DNA of 63,823 nt, the filler included, from Reticulomyxa filosa (lineage: Eukaryota; Protista; Foraminifera): the NCBI GenBank assembly GCA_000512085.1. It is 18 parts of 18 records of this genome, joined end to end, with 100 filler letters (N's around TTAATTAATTAA, not from the genome) between each part and the next. Parts side by side here need not be neighbours in the genome. Positions count along the whole stretch, not along the records: positions 28,786 to 41,372 come from ASPP01022607.1; positions 41,473 to 48,571 come from ASPP01037743.1; positions 48,672 to 50,904 come from ASPP01045262.1; positions 51,005 to 52,712 come from ASPP01025377.1; 14 more parts are not named here. The stretch is one strand, 5' to 3'. Position numbers and translations under genes: made by a program. Positions 38,198 through 51,840 of the stretch are shown here, one piece after another (positions within the stretch are counted from its first letter, which is position 1; each line of letters begins with the position of its first letter). Under the pieces are notes generated by a model. The model was not told the origin of the DNA. It did not search any database and saw only the letters and a list, made by a program, of their open reading frames with translations.

Positions 38198-40604
38198 ATG
38201 TCACTGAAAGCAACGTTATATATTGAAACAAAAAAGAAAGACTATGAAGTATCCTTGTCAACGTTGACCATGGAAAGCTTGACATCAGCCGCACAAAAAC
38301 TTTGGTTTTCGCTGGAAAGCAAAAGGGCAGCGAAAGTGAAGATGATCAACAGCAGGAATTTGAAATCACAGATAAAGATAATACGAAAATTGAAAAGAAC
38401 AAAGACGTTGAACGTGTGTGTAAAAACTCACCTGTGCATTTCAATGTAAGAATTAAACCAAAGAAATATATAAAAAGAAAGGGTCAGCTGAACATTCAGC
38501 AAAACCACATAATGATAAATCCGTTGGTATTGTTGGCCGGAACAATAAGACATAAGACAAGCAATAAAAGTTTAAATAGTGTAAAACGTGATATGATAGA
38601 ATTGAAACACTTATTTGCAAAAAGAGATGGATATACAGTAATATCAACATATGATAATGATGATAATTCAAGTGAAATATTAACATTGGAACGATTGAAT
38701 AAAACTCTTAGCAATGAATTTCAGGACATTACGACATATGATGGACTGATATTTATTTGGTGTGGTTATGGAAATGATCAAACAGGTACATTAACAACCA
38801 GTGATGATAAACATAAACACTGGAATGAGATTGTGAATATGTATGAAACTATTACAACAAAACCTAAGATAATCATTCAAAATTGTATTGATTCAAAAGC
38901 ATTACACGAAATGAAAACTGATGAAATTTCATCGTGGAGCAGATTTTCGGGATCAAATGTATTTTTCATTACAACAAATTTAATCAATGATGATCCCACT
39001 GGAAATACTGGCTCTATATTTACAAAATTATTTTGTGAACAGTTGAATGAAGATAACAATTATCAAGTTTCTCTCAATTCAATGATTGAAGCTATAAATT
39101 ACACAATTAAAGATAAATTTACAAATGAAAAAGGACAAAAATTGATTAAAACCTGTTCTTCTTGTGACAAAGACATTTATTTTGGAACTGAAAAATACCT
39201 TTTATATAATTATATTGAAGATACAGATACAAATTGGATGAAGGCCATAAAGAAAGCAGAAGCAATGACGACAGAAATGATGGAACATAATCAAAAAGGA
39301 ATTATTGTGGTGGCAAGTAATTTACATGAAGCATTGACACAACCTAAAGGTTGGAGTTGGGAATTGAATGATGACGCATCAACGGAGATGAAGGAAGAAC
39401 AAAATCCAATGAAACAAAAATATGTTGTTGGTGATTTTACTATTGCTCTATTTCATTGCAAAAGTGTTCGATTTGAGGAAATAATCATTTATGGACGCGT
39501 GTATGTAATTCATTGTTATCTAATATGTAACTACGCTTGTATTACTAATCATGTATTCCATGTTGATTCTAGTATCAATTGTAATTGCGACAGCCCTTGA
39601 TTTCTATCCCTTTTCTTGCTGATTTCAACGATGTTTGTGAACTGGCAATCACAAAATATGATAATTATGATTACGAATCGACAATTAAATATTCACTTTA
39701 TGCACTCTCTTTGACGGAACAAAATCCAAGCGTAAATTCTAGCTTATATTACATTTTGTACAGTGATTTAGCTTGGTCTTACTTTCAATGTGAGAAATAT
39801 GAAAAAGCACGTTATTATTTCGAAAAAGAATTGGAAATTTACTCGAAACAGACAGTGGTGGATAATAGCTATATCCGAAACTGTTTCGAAAATTTGGGTA
39901 TCACGCTTTGCGAATTGAAACAATATGATAAAGCCATTTATTATTTGGAACAGGCATTATCTATTTGGCTTGAAAAATTTGACACCAATGATGAACTTGT
40001 TGGAAAATTGTATACTGATTTGGGTATTTGTTTCTTCCATACAAATCAATTTGAAAAAGAAAAAGAATGTTATAAAAAAAGTTTAGAAATTTACTTGAAA
40101 GTATTTAGTAATATGCATTTTGATGTTGCAATAGCATATTACAATCTTGGATGTATGTACCAACGCCAAAAATTGTATGATAAAGCTTTAGAATATCACG
40201 AAAAATCATTGGATATAAGAATAAAACTGTGGAAGAATGATCATTCCATTGACCCTGATTGTTCTGAAGAATTTGATATGTTGGACTGTTTAGATGTTGA
40301 TGTTGGATGTTCTTATCATTGTATTGCACTTACACTTCGAAAAAAAGGAGAGTTTGAAAAAGCAATCTCTTATCACGAAAAAGGATTAAGAATTCTTCGA
40401 AATAATTTTGATGTATTTGATCCCGATGCCGAACTTGGTGATTCGTACAAGAGTCTGGGTATTGCTTATGAAAAAATAGAAAACAAAATCAAAGCGATTG
40501 AAAATTATGAAAATGCTGTATTTACTCTTCACGCAAAATTTGGAGCCACGCATAAAAAGACATTATCTGCACTTGCAAAATTGAAAAGGATGCAGGAAAG
40601 TTGA
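38198..40604 (+). CDS. Small N-terminal domain + caspase-like (C14) domain + TPR repeats; two -1 frame breaks
   Basis: NPLVLLAG...VKRDMIELKHLF...YDGLIFIWCGYG...KPKIIIQNC, then kinesin-light-chain-type TPRs (VAIAYYNLGCMY..QKLYDKALEYHEKSLDIR). No in-frame stops once the shifts are made. Confidence 0.8.
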
Positions 40605-41159
40605 ATTTATAATTATTTTAATTTGTCAAAAAATATCATCAAAACAAACATTTAATCAAATTTTTTTGAAGTTTGGTGTATCTGATAAATACTATGCATC
40701 AAATAAAAGCGTCAATTTTCAAGAAGTGAGTGCTCTTTTTTTTTTGTGAATTAATCCACAACAATCAATTTTTGTACTTGTTCTTTTGCAAACATTCCAG
40801 AAAAAGTAATTTTAGATAATGCAGGAAGTGGTTAAAAAATGAAGTTGTTTCATCGAAGTGTTTTGTCAAATTATTGAAAAGAATATTAATGAAGCCTTTA
40901 ATTATCATTAAAAAATCAACAAACATGTTCGTGATAACCCGAAGCTGTTCAAATTGTTTCAGATGCGCTTTTTGATTCATTTGCTTCCACAAATTTCATC
41001 ACGTGAATTAAAAGGAAATATCATTACATACACAAAAGAAAAAATTTGTTAACAAATCTATTCTTCATTTATAAAAATGTTCCAAACTGTCAATTGATAT
41101 TTTCGGTTTTAATCACATTGTGCCAGATGCTATTTTTTTTAAATTGGAAACATTACTCT

Positions 41160-41372
41160 TGTAGGGCAAGTCCTTATCACACATAGTTGAACTTGTACGG
41201 AACTGAGGAGCTCCCTTTGGTTAAACTTCCTCAGTTAACTACTTCTTACTTCCTTGTCTTTTCTTACTTTACTTTTGTCATTAATTTACTTTCCTTTTAT
41301 TGAAATTGTTCTTTTGGAACTAAGTTCTTTTCGTATTACATTTAGTACAGATTCTCCACAGCAGACTCCCCA
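41160..41372 (+). mobile_element. LTR of the same family, ending at the contig break
   Basis: TGTAGGGCAAGTCC...TCGTATTACATTTAGT...GACTCCCCA; TSD cannot be tested. Confidence 0.8.
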
Positions 41373-41472
41373 NNNNNNNNNNNNNNNNNNNNNNNNNNNN
41401 NNNNNNNNNNNNNNNNTTAATTAATTAANNNNNNNNNNNNNNNNNNNNNNNNNNNNNNNNNNNNNNNNNNNN

Positions 41473-43700
41473 ACGACAAAAGCAAGCTCGTCAAGAAGAA
41501 AAAAAAAAATGTTGGTGATATCACGCAAAGTAGAACCCACATCGACATTGTGGTGTTGCAACTGCGGCAGAGAAAAAGTGGAAGGTGAGGAAGAAAAGAA
41601 CGTAGAATTTGTTATTAAATACGTATTTATTGCGATCGAGAAAGCCATTACATTGGGGGAACATTCCATGCGAAAGTGGTTCAACTTGGCGGAGGAGTTG
41701 TGCGAAACTCCATCAAGAAACCGGCAGGCAAGAAGAGGAATATGAAAAGTATGTATAGAAGAATATCAAAATCATATTGCGTTGGATCTGTTAAAAAAAA
41801 AAAACAAAATTCGTCTGCCAGATTTGCTTAGTTTGATAATGTACTGGCTCTTCACGCCTGCGAATGGCGACTTTGTGTTTTTAGACATGCAATACCTTCC
41901 AATAGATCGCGCCAATTAAAGATCGTGAACAAATGTGTGGCAATATCTTGCAGTCGTAACACGAACAATTAGAAAGAAGTTGCTCGAATCAACGTAGACG
42001 CACACAAGTCTCTGGCGCTGTGCCACGCCAACAATTATCTGCAAAATGTGCGCACACACATACGACCAGTTTAGACACTAGTAGTTAGCGCCATTTTTAT
42101 AACAATCGAGTGTCTCTTGTTTATTGAAGCATAAAAATCGCGGTTCGACGCACTTTCGCAACTTTGGATGTTGAATCGTGCGTGTGCTGCCGATGGTAGG
42201 AATTATTAGCTCGCGAGTGATGTTGGGCATTGATGATCGGTGAAGATGATAGCTAGTTGCATGTTCTGATCTCATCAATGTAAGAGTCTCGTGCCTTGCG
42301 TTAGTTCGACAAAGATAATCGGCGCTTGTTCGACAGTCTCCGGGATTGATTATGGGCCATAGAGACGGCGTGTTTGTTGTGACTCAATAATTTGTATTCG
42401 TTGCATTATCCCAGAACTTGGAGAACAATGAAGTAAAGATCGCCAATTTGTACTTTTTTGAGTTGGATTGGAGTCGACGTGATTTTTAAATTGTGAATCG
42501 CGTAGTGATATCAAAAATCGTTGAATCATGGCATTCAAGAACAAATACGTCCAATAATAAAGAAGAAAATACGAATTGTACTCCATCTCCATCACTGGAT
42601 CGCCAATCCAAATGTTATCAAACAGATGCATGGTAATAGATGCAGAAATTTCTAACATCGACCATTATTCAACGCCAACGTGCGACCATCATCACAAGGG
42701 CGACGAGAGTGGATGCACTTCGTACTTTGAAAATATCCATAATGTGATGGCATTGGAACAGTTCAGTCGCGTACAATCTGGATCTTGGTGCTGCCGACTA
42801 CAAAAGCAAGCTTTTGTACCAAGAAGAAAGAAAGAAAGAAAGAAGTGATAATACCCGCGCAAAATAAAAACGATATCGACATTACGGTATCACAACAGCA
42901 ACAGCGACTTGATGATCGAAGAAATGAAAGACAAAGAAGAAAATGATGCGGACGTTGTATGAAATAATCACATATGGTGGTCGGGTAAGCAAATTTCACG
43001 TGGAATCATTCTTTCAATGTTGTTGCTCCAATTTGGTGGATGAGTTTTGTGAAACTCAAATCAATGTCATCAGCGAACAAGAAGAGGATGGTGATAATGA
43101 TAAAGAAGAAGAAAAAGAAAACTCCAAGGCAATACCATCGTTGGATTTGGGTGCCACCGTTGTTGGTATGCGCGGAAGAGAGCTAATGCTGTTGTGCCAT
43201 TGATTACAAAAAACAACAATGTGGTGCCAATCAATCGATAATTGGGTCGACAACTCAAAAGTCGCTCCATTATTTGGCAAAACAAAAGTTTGGACATTGA
43301 CAATGTATTGGTGGTTGGGCCCTGTTGAGTGGATACTTGGGCAATATTTATGTCGGCAGTCGAGCCCCGCATCTCTACTATCTCATCTCAAAGACGCCGT
43401 CGCTGTGGCTATGAGCAAATTATTCCGTTATCAAAAACCGAATCACTCGGATTTGAAAAGTGGAAGGGTCTGCCATTGATAGGACCGCCACTCAAAATAA
43501 TGGTAGTGTAGGGGACGAGCCTTTCAATGACAATAGTTTCCCCCAAATCACAGTTCAATTATTCCAAATAACGGAATACTTGATGGAGGCATTCTCATTG
43601 AAATCAGGGCGCGCATTCCAACACAAAAGAGCTCAAGGTATTTGGTTGGCCATTTGTGCGCCTGTCTCTTTCCTGCTACCCGACGCTGTAATTTGTTCTT
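41473..43700. pseudogene. Degenerate coding-like region, family not recognised
   Basis: Higher GC with short protein-like ORFs broken by many stops and shifts. Confidence 0.3.
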
Positions 43701-45989
43701 GTGTCCATTGCTTGAAAAAATTTTGTTTTATGTGTACATGTTTAACATATAACATCTTTATAACATATATTTATTATTTATTTACATGTATGCGTTATGT
43801 GTTGTTTGAACTTTTTGAATAGATATTCAAATGTGTGCAAATCGAAATGCGAGTTGTTGCTGTTACTATTGTCACTGGTGCTGAAGTGAATCACCAGCAA
43901 TAATGGTAATAGTAATGGCAATGGCGTGCATCGATTATGGATCATGGTATTATTATTTGAATAACGTATAATTTGGAAAAAAAAATAATTAAAGGTCCAT
44001 ATCCGTGCAAATGTGCTCATGACTGATTGAAAGTGGTGAGCTGCGCAATCTATGTTCCAAGTTATAATATTTTTTTATAGTGTGATTGGAAAATACTTAA
44101 AATATGTGATAAATACACGTATATAACATAGGCTCAAAGAATACAACACATGCCCATCGAACATTGAAAAGTGGTTGTTGCGGTGCCAGCAAGCAAGGTG
44201 AAACAATGTCAAGTAATACCAATTTTATGACATATTCAATTGCAAGCATTGACACTTGCCTCAAATTGTTTGTCTTTTGTTCTCTTTTTATTTTTTGTTT
44301 AATAATAATTTAAACGTCTTCTCCAGCTCACCGATATCTTCACCAAATTATATTCTTGTTAAAAATTTCTATATTTTAATATTTTAAATCTAAAAAATAG
44401 TCCAAATCGAATCTATCTTTATATTTTCGTTTTCACTTGTGTCTTTGAAAAAGATCTCGAGTAATATTGATGATTGGAAATTGGGAAGATTTGCAAGTTC
44501 TTTGGCCATGAAAACGAACAAAGGACTCTAAAATTCAAAAAGATTTATCTAAAAAAAATAACAATCATTGAGATCACTCATAGTTTTGTTTGATAACTGA
44601 TTGCGATTGTTGCAAGATAGAATAAAACATTGAGTATTGGATAGTGAAAATTCATTCGCTTTTTGGTAGCTGCGCATGAAAGTCAGTTATGTTCCAATTA
44701 TATTGATATGCGTTTATAGTAGATCCAAACAACAATTTTTCAATTTGCAAATTCCGATGTTTGGGAACTTCGTTTCGATAATAAAGTTTGTGTCAAGTGG
44801 TGAATGAGGACCCAGCCAATTTTATTTTCGTTAAGAAAACCCTGTTTTGAAATCGATTTCTTTTCTTTTTGGTGTCACGTGATATATTTTTTTTGTTTTC
44901 AAGACACTTGAAATCAGAATCATCATTTGTTCCATCATTCGGAAGTCGCAACATTATTGGTTGATTTTTTTTACAAACCCTTTTTTTTGTTTTCTCTCCT
45001 TGCAATACACGACCGATGTTAACAGATTTTAGTGTTGTTTATGATCACAATAAAGAAATGTATATCACTAAAAAAATATATTATGCACAACTGATCAATA
45101 TTGGCTTAATTCAATGAGCAATTCATCGACTTCATCATCAAAGATTTTAAAAATTTAAAAACGACAAAAGTTAAAATCTTTTTCATGATTTTTTTTATTT
45201 TTCAAAATTTTAAAATATTTGAATCTTTCACTTGTTTTTGGTGATCGAGTTTGCAATTTGAAAATAAATGCTATACAAAAGTTCAAAAATGTAACAAAAA
45301 AACAGGGAAAACAGATATGTCAAATCATCCCTTAACCGAGGAAAATAAGGTGTAAGATCTTACACAAGATGAAGTAAATCATAAAATTGAAGATGTCTCC
45401 TATAAAATGTATGAAGTGAGCAAATTTTTGAGACTGATGGAAATGACTTTTTCCCAGGTTTTTTGTTCGAAATTTTTTTAAACAAGCAAAATAGTTACAA
45501 ACTGGTCTCTACAAATAAAAACAACTAGAACGGACGAAAACGGAAATGGTATCTAGTGTATAGTTTTACAGTAGTGGCATGTCTGTTGTACTATGAAGAG
45601 AAGAAATATTTTTTATTTTTGAACAATTTCGGCCTGAAAGAAACAAATATTAGTAAGCTGACAAGTGATAAGAACAAGTCGGATGTAGCTATAAATGTTG
45701 TGCAGGTATTAGATGTGATTTTTTTATTTATTTATTTTTTTGTTCCGTTCTTTTCACATAAGGAGTTTCGAATCAGAAACAATAATGCCTGAGAGTAACT
45801 TCCAACCTCAATGTTTTTTGCTGAATAATAGGACTTATCGATAATGATACATTGGCTCCACTTGAAACGATGCATGTTCGAGTGCTTTGTATCTGTTCAA
45901 ATATGTGTGGATATGTGTTTTTGTTTAGATGACAACTTGATCTATTGTTGTGCACCCAATCAAATTTTTTAAAAAAAGATAAAAGAGGA

Positions 45990-47150
45990 GTGTGGCTATG
46001 ATGTCCCAATGAGAAAAATCCAAAAACTGTCAACGTATCGTCGTGACAGCACTGGATTGATTGAAAGTTTGGCGTATTTGTATTTTGCTATGAATAACGG
46101 GTCGATACAAATTTCCAAAGGTAGTAGGAATGAACACGAAAGTGAAAATATCGAATTAGTGTTCATACCAGTGAAAGACTCGTATCGCTTTGTTATGAAC
46201 AACCAGCTGGAGAGTTTGAAATCACAGCAGCAGCGAAGCAAGACAAGCCAATTGAAGCGAATGCACGCGATGCTAAACAGTTGCAAAAGCTTTCGCATAT
46301 GGAACATGCCATTGTCGTAGAGCGAACAAGACATGAGCAACGTGTTCAGCTGTTTCGGCGAGGTCAGCAAATGCCAAATCACAGATTCGACGAGGAAAGT
46401 CAAAAGAGGGCCGTTATGTCAAAAAAAAGGCCGACAACTCCAACAGCGGCGCCGTGTTTTCCAATCTGCGACACATTGGTCATGTTTCCACCGCTCTGTC
46501 AATCTTGGGCCGCTTCTCCATCCTCACTTTCACATCATCAAAGTCCGTTCGAACTGTGATGCACTTTGACTCGTCCACTATTGTGCAGCCATTTTATCAG
46601 GGTCCATTTTATTGGGAAAAGATAGTTATTTTTTTTTAAAAAAAAAAAAAGGGATTGCATACACATATATAACTGTGAACTTTTTTTAAAAAAATAGAAA
46701 TATTGTCCGAATATGAACGCTCGTGTCCAAAGAACTTAGCTGAAATGGAACAACAAATGGATACATTCATGTTTGGGTTTGATCGGCCGACAGCGCTGCG
46801 ACGCAAACAGTACAAAGAAAATATCGCATCATATGCGTGGTTGGATTCAAACGAAAGGGGAAGACTGGTTCAAAACGATTTATTACCCGTCCAAATTTCT
46901 GAGCACAGAGATAGCCAAATTTGGCCAAGGCAAGTGGACAAAGACCATATGTGAAAATATGAGACATCGTGGTCGAGATCAATCCCGATCCAAAAAGACA
47001 TCTTCGCAACCTTTGTCGCAGTCTTCTCATCCTTCACGCTCGACCGCTTCCAATAAACTGTATCAAAAAATTAAACATTCTGTCCAAAAAACTACTTTGC
47101 TTCGAAAAAAGAGAAATTCCAAACCTATTTAATCCATTCCGCATTTGTGT
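45990..47150 (+). pseudogene. RRM-containing gene, disabled
   Basis: FRIWNMPLS*SEQDMSNVFSCFGEVSKCQI (RNP2 + helix 1; TAG at 46318). The downstream exon is paralogous to 10260-10880. Confidence 0.6.
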
Positions 47151-48510
47151 TGTTTTTTTGTTTGAATCACCGAAAGATTGCAATGACATGTAGATAATAT
47201 ACAATAAAATAATGTAATGCATTCCAAAATAACAAACAAACAAAAAAAAGTGACATAAACAACAATTTTACTTTTTAGTTGAATCTTAGACTAATACAGT
47301 TTTATCATCTTTCATTATTTTGAATTCAAAACATTCACCGCTTCTCTTTCACCAAAAAGTAAACACAAATCATAAAATTTGCGACTGACAAAAAAATAAA
47401 ATAGTGTATTTATAAGCTTTGAAAATAAAAAATACTTAAAAACAAAAATCTCAAAGCACGTAAACAAAGCTTTAAATTATTCGTAATTTCTACAGTATAT
47501 TTATTAAAAAAATATTGTAATTGCTATTTTAAGACAAATTGACAATAATTGCAAAATAAAGATATAATTAACGCATTGTAAAACAAATAATAGATAAAAA
47601 AAGCAAAAATTATAAAAACAGAATTAAATATCGACGATGCGTGTTCACTCGACGACAGTCAATGTTGCAAGTGCTGTCGTCCAATCTGACACAGTGTCAT
47701 TGAAGCAGGAGGGGAAGGAAGTGAAGAAACGCCTCAAGAAGGATCTCATGTTTTGTTGTATTCGACAATCATGTGATATTGATGTGAGGACGGACCGGCA
47801 AGATAAAGTATATTGGCCCTGTGGACGAGTCTTGAAATGATTGGTATTGAAATGGACTCATGGAATCCCAGAGGACACAATGACGAGGGTATTTTGTGAA
47901 ACTATCCGAAATTGTCAAAATCATTAAGCAGATCGCCAGCTTAGAGCAATCACAAATCCAACTACAACAACATAAGCAAATCCTTAGTCTGCAACAATTA
48001 CATAATTCAAATATTGATACAAAAATGTCATTGACCAACAAATCAGTCAATGCAATATTATCAAAATCAACTTATTGCACACCAAAAAGCTTGTTTAACA
48101 AATGCGAACATTCTCATCAAAATCAAACATTAAACCTTGTTCATTTTGGTTTGAAGTAGGGTTTGTCCATTGAGTGTTCTGTTGTTGTCATTGAGATTCC
48201 ACGTGTCCAACTCTCGCTCCAATGAAAGGCTCCGCTCATTCGAGTCGTTGCCAGCCATTTGACTGTGTCGTCCGTGGCATTGGCCAAAAAGTCATTCAAC
48301 ACGAGCCCGACCCATGTCCCTTTGGCAAACTTCGTGATGAAACACTCTTTGCCATTTACATTCCCATCACCTCCATTGGGTCACCAATGTCGTAATTTCA
48401 ATTCGATAATTTTGCCGTCGCTGAGTACAAGTTGACAATTGCGGGAACACTTTGTGAACGTCTTTTGTCGCCACAAATAGTCCATAGCCATGTCTTGTCG
48501 AAAACTTGCC
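46621..48510 (+). repeat. Duplicated segment, copy B (paralog of 10171-12071)
   Basis: See copy A. Includes a minus-strand frame at ~48138-48571 with one TGA (48381) where copy A has TGG. Confidence 0.92.
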
Positions 48511-49379
48511 AAGTAGTTGTTGCCATTGATGTTGATGTTGAATTCGTCCAATTCAATGCCGAATCTGTCGTNNNNNNNNNNNNNNNNNNNNNNNNNNNNN
48601 NNNNNNNNNNNNNNNTTAATTAATTAANNNNNNNNNNNNNNNNNNNNNNNNNNNNNNNNNNNNNNNNNNNNATGTCTTTTTTGTTGATGCTTTGCATCAT
48701 TCATCAAGAGAAAGGGAAAAAAAAAGTATATGGGGTAAGGCCCCCCGTCTCCGCAAGGAGCACTAATGGTTATGTATATATTTATACATTTTTCTTTTTT
48801 GACATAACTGACTTTGTCTGTTTGTTTGATTAACAGCCTCAACCCGTCTGTACAAAAAAAAAAATATACGTACCACTCCCAACTCCCAACAAAGAAAGAT
48901 ATCGGGGTTGAAGCCGTCCAGCATTGCAAAAAAAACCAAAGAGTTTGTATCTTTTATTTTTTTTATTTTTTTATCAAATATTTGTTTGTTGTTAATAGGC
49001 ATGCCCCCACCAAAAAAAATTTTATTTGTCCCCCCTCCCCCCTCGTAACAAAAGGAAAAAAATATTGTTAGATTGGATTGGAGCTGTCAGCTCAACACAA
49101 ATGTATGTTGTTATTTGTTTTTCTTAAATGAAAAAAAAATATCAATTTGTGACTGTTTATAGGGTTCAAGAGTCGCAAATAATTGAAATGTTTTTTATTT
49201 TTATTTTTTATTAATGTTTGTTTATGTTTGAGATTAGGGGAAAATGTGGAAATCAAGGGGAAAAAATGTGTAAAAAAAGTAACTTGAAAAAGGGGGAAAT
49301 AAATGGTGGGAAGATTGTAAAAAGGGGAAAATTAATGTTAAAAAAGGGGGGTTGAATTTTTTTTAAAAAAGTGAAGAAA

Positions 49380-49610
49380 AATTAAAAATGAATAAAGAAA
49401 TGAAAATAAAAAAAGTTGACAAATTCAAAAGAAAAAAAAAAGATAGCAAAAAGAAAAAAAAAAGATAGCAAAAGGAAAAAAAGATGGCAAAAGGAAAAAA
49501 AGATGATAATAGAAAAAAAAGTAAAAAAGAAAAAAAAATGATAGAAAATAATAGAAAAAAAAAGAAAAAAAAAAGAAAAAAAGTTCAATAAATGTAAATG
49601 AAAAAAGGGA
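49380..49610. repeat. A-rich degenerate ~20-bp tandem repeat / low complexity
   Basis: AAAAAAAGAT(A/G)GCAAAAGG-like units at ~49430-49520. Confidence 0.6.
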
Positions 49611-50459
49611 AATTGTTCCCTAAAACGATGAATGTGTGCGTATGATTACACGCACGAACGTGTCAACCAATGCGCAGAAGAAGAGGCCCTGTACGAGTGG
49701 CCGAGTTGGGAGAAGTCGAGAAAGCAAGTCAATGTCGAAGAAAACGTTTCGTCGATGCACCCTTTACGCCAACAATTCAATAGACTTGTTCGCCGTCAAT
49801 GTAATCACAATCTTTCTACTTCTTCAGATTGCCGCTATCAATCGTTCATAACCTTCAGAAACTTCAATTGGTGCGCAATAAACTTTTCATCATAACCAAG
49901 TGAAAATCGATCATTGTGGAATGATATAATTTTATGGGCGATCTGTCTCCTCTTCACGATTGTTGCTCTCGAGCTGACCATACATGCGCGTATTCGCAAT
50001 GGTGAAACTTTGTTCATGAGCTTGTAGAGTGTAGGCGCTAGCACGCAAGAAAGAAAACGAGAACGATGAGGACGGCGAGAATGAATAGAAGAAAAGAAGT
50101 ACTAGTTCGTATTGCGTTTTGTTTATTTTTTTTTAAAAAAAAAAGCAACTAGTCGACGGAGAAGCCGAAGTCGAGGAAGAAAATATAGTGGAAGTTGCAG
50201 GAAACATCTGTTCATGGTGATCGAGTGACTAAATCGTGATAACCGGCCCATGTGAAAATTACTTAATCGATGGAAGAGTTTTGCGAAACTCGTGCCAAGA
50301 CCATAAAGCAAGATGCTGAAGATGATATGAGAATGAGGAGGATGTGAAGAAAAGAAAAATAATGTTAAGCCCTTACCATGTTAAATTTGTTTTTTTAAAA
50401 AAAACCAATTAGTCTGAAGTCTTTGTTCAATTTGCGCATTTCTGGTCAAGAAGAACAAT

Positions 50460-50695
50460 TCCATCAACAAATTCGCCACTTACGTACGTGGACAATCTTC
50501 AAATATCGTGTCTACATGGAAAATGAAAGCGGCAATTTCAAGTTGTACCAGCTCGAGGCAATGGAAAGAACGTTTGCAGTCAACATTGGCCTACAAAAGT
50601 CTCTGCGGATAATTATTGGCGAGACGCAGCACCAAAGAAAATGTCAAAATGCAATCTACCGTCGCCAACGAACAATGATCACTAGATCATTATAG
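50460..50695 (+). pseudogene. Possible kinesin motor fragment (switch-I region)
   Basis: VYMENESGNFKLYQL...IIIGETQHQRK, then in a shifted frame MQSTVANEQ*S, resembling T..N..SSRSH. Confidence 0.35.
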
Positions 50696-51004
50696 AAATT
50701 GCGCTACTTCTGTTAGTGAAGATATCGAGCACTAGTGCCGAAACTGGCTGTGTGCGTGCGCACATGCGCAATTTGGATTTTAAATCGTGAGCTCGCGATA
50801 CATTGAGCTCTATCTCTCTCTCTCTATTCACTGGTCAACATGTCCGTTGCATTTTTCGGCTCCATCGCTGCAAGGGCTGTAGTCTTGTGTTTGTCGAGCA
50901 AGCGNNNNNNNNNNNNNNNNNNNNNNNNNNNNNNNNNNNNNNNNNNNNTTAATTAATTAANNNNNNNNNNNNNNNNNNNNNNNNNNNNNNNNNNNNNNNN
51001 NNNN

Positions 51005-51840
51005 TATTATTATTATTGCTATTATTATTATTATTATTATTATTATTGTTGATACCACTCAATGAAATACTATTACTACTGCTACTCCCAGAGACGTTGT
51101 ATTCCAAATCTATTTCCACGCTTCCATTCGCCGCAATTGTGGTTGGACAGCTTTGCTGTGCGTTGGGAAACAGTTGCTGGCCACTCTTCGAATTCACCAT
51201 TTCGATATGCACCGATACATTGAAATTGCGAATCGTATACGATTTCACATTTGTCAATTTTATGCGAACGCGCCATTGCTCGCCAATGTATACACAACTA
51301 CATATACATATATATATGTATATGTATACATATATATTACAATCATCAATACACCATTTTTTTTTTTACACATCCCTTTCACTACTTAAAAAAAAAAAAA
51401 AAAGGGGGAACAGAACTTTTTTCAAAAATAAAAAAAAGTATGTGTATATGTTAGTAACTTTAGGATGTATGGACTTTTGGAATCCGAATGATCTTTATTT
51501 ATTCCATACATTTCGCTGTCAAATTGACTCCTGCTTGCCTCATTGGAATCATTCAAGCGCGAGACTTTGTGTATGGCCCAATCGTATGTAAACAAATACA
51601 CGTACAACAACTTCGCTGATTTTGTCCCAATCAATTTTGCTCTCTAACTTAACTTTGGACGTGGAAGATTTGATGAAGCTTCTCTGGCAGTAGTTGCTGT
51701 TCTCAATTACATTTTTTGTTGTGTGCTTGCTTTGAATCGAGTCAATATTGAAAAAAAGGCGTAATTTATTCCTAACTTTGATTGGCTGCTGTCTTGCTTT
51801 TGGAGTTGTTGGTCGCATTGCAAAGTATGGATTGCAAAAG
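51005..51840 (-). CDS. Hypothetical multi-exon protein fragment ending in poly-Asn
   Basis: Three open segments separated by intron-like TA-rich sequence. Confidence 0.4.

Noticed and set aside
39507-39593. An intron explaining the second caspase-TPR break
   Set aside because: In-phase GT..CAG options exist (32, 41 and 89 nt), but the segment is fully open, protein-like and lacks the homopolymer or TA tracts of other introns here. Disfavoured, not excluded.
78-48571. Stop-codon reassignment (TAR=Gln, TGA=Trp), suggested by in-frame stops such as GCA TAA CAA CAA
   Set aside because: UMPS, RFC4, NAGLU, the DUF1765-like and WD40 genes have no internal stops and end in TAG or TAA. The paralog pair shows both TAG and TGA opposite TGG, which fits mutation rather than a variant code.
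48672-49620. Lys/Phe-rich ORFs
   Set aside because: Low-complexity sequence, possibly of low read quality.
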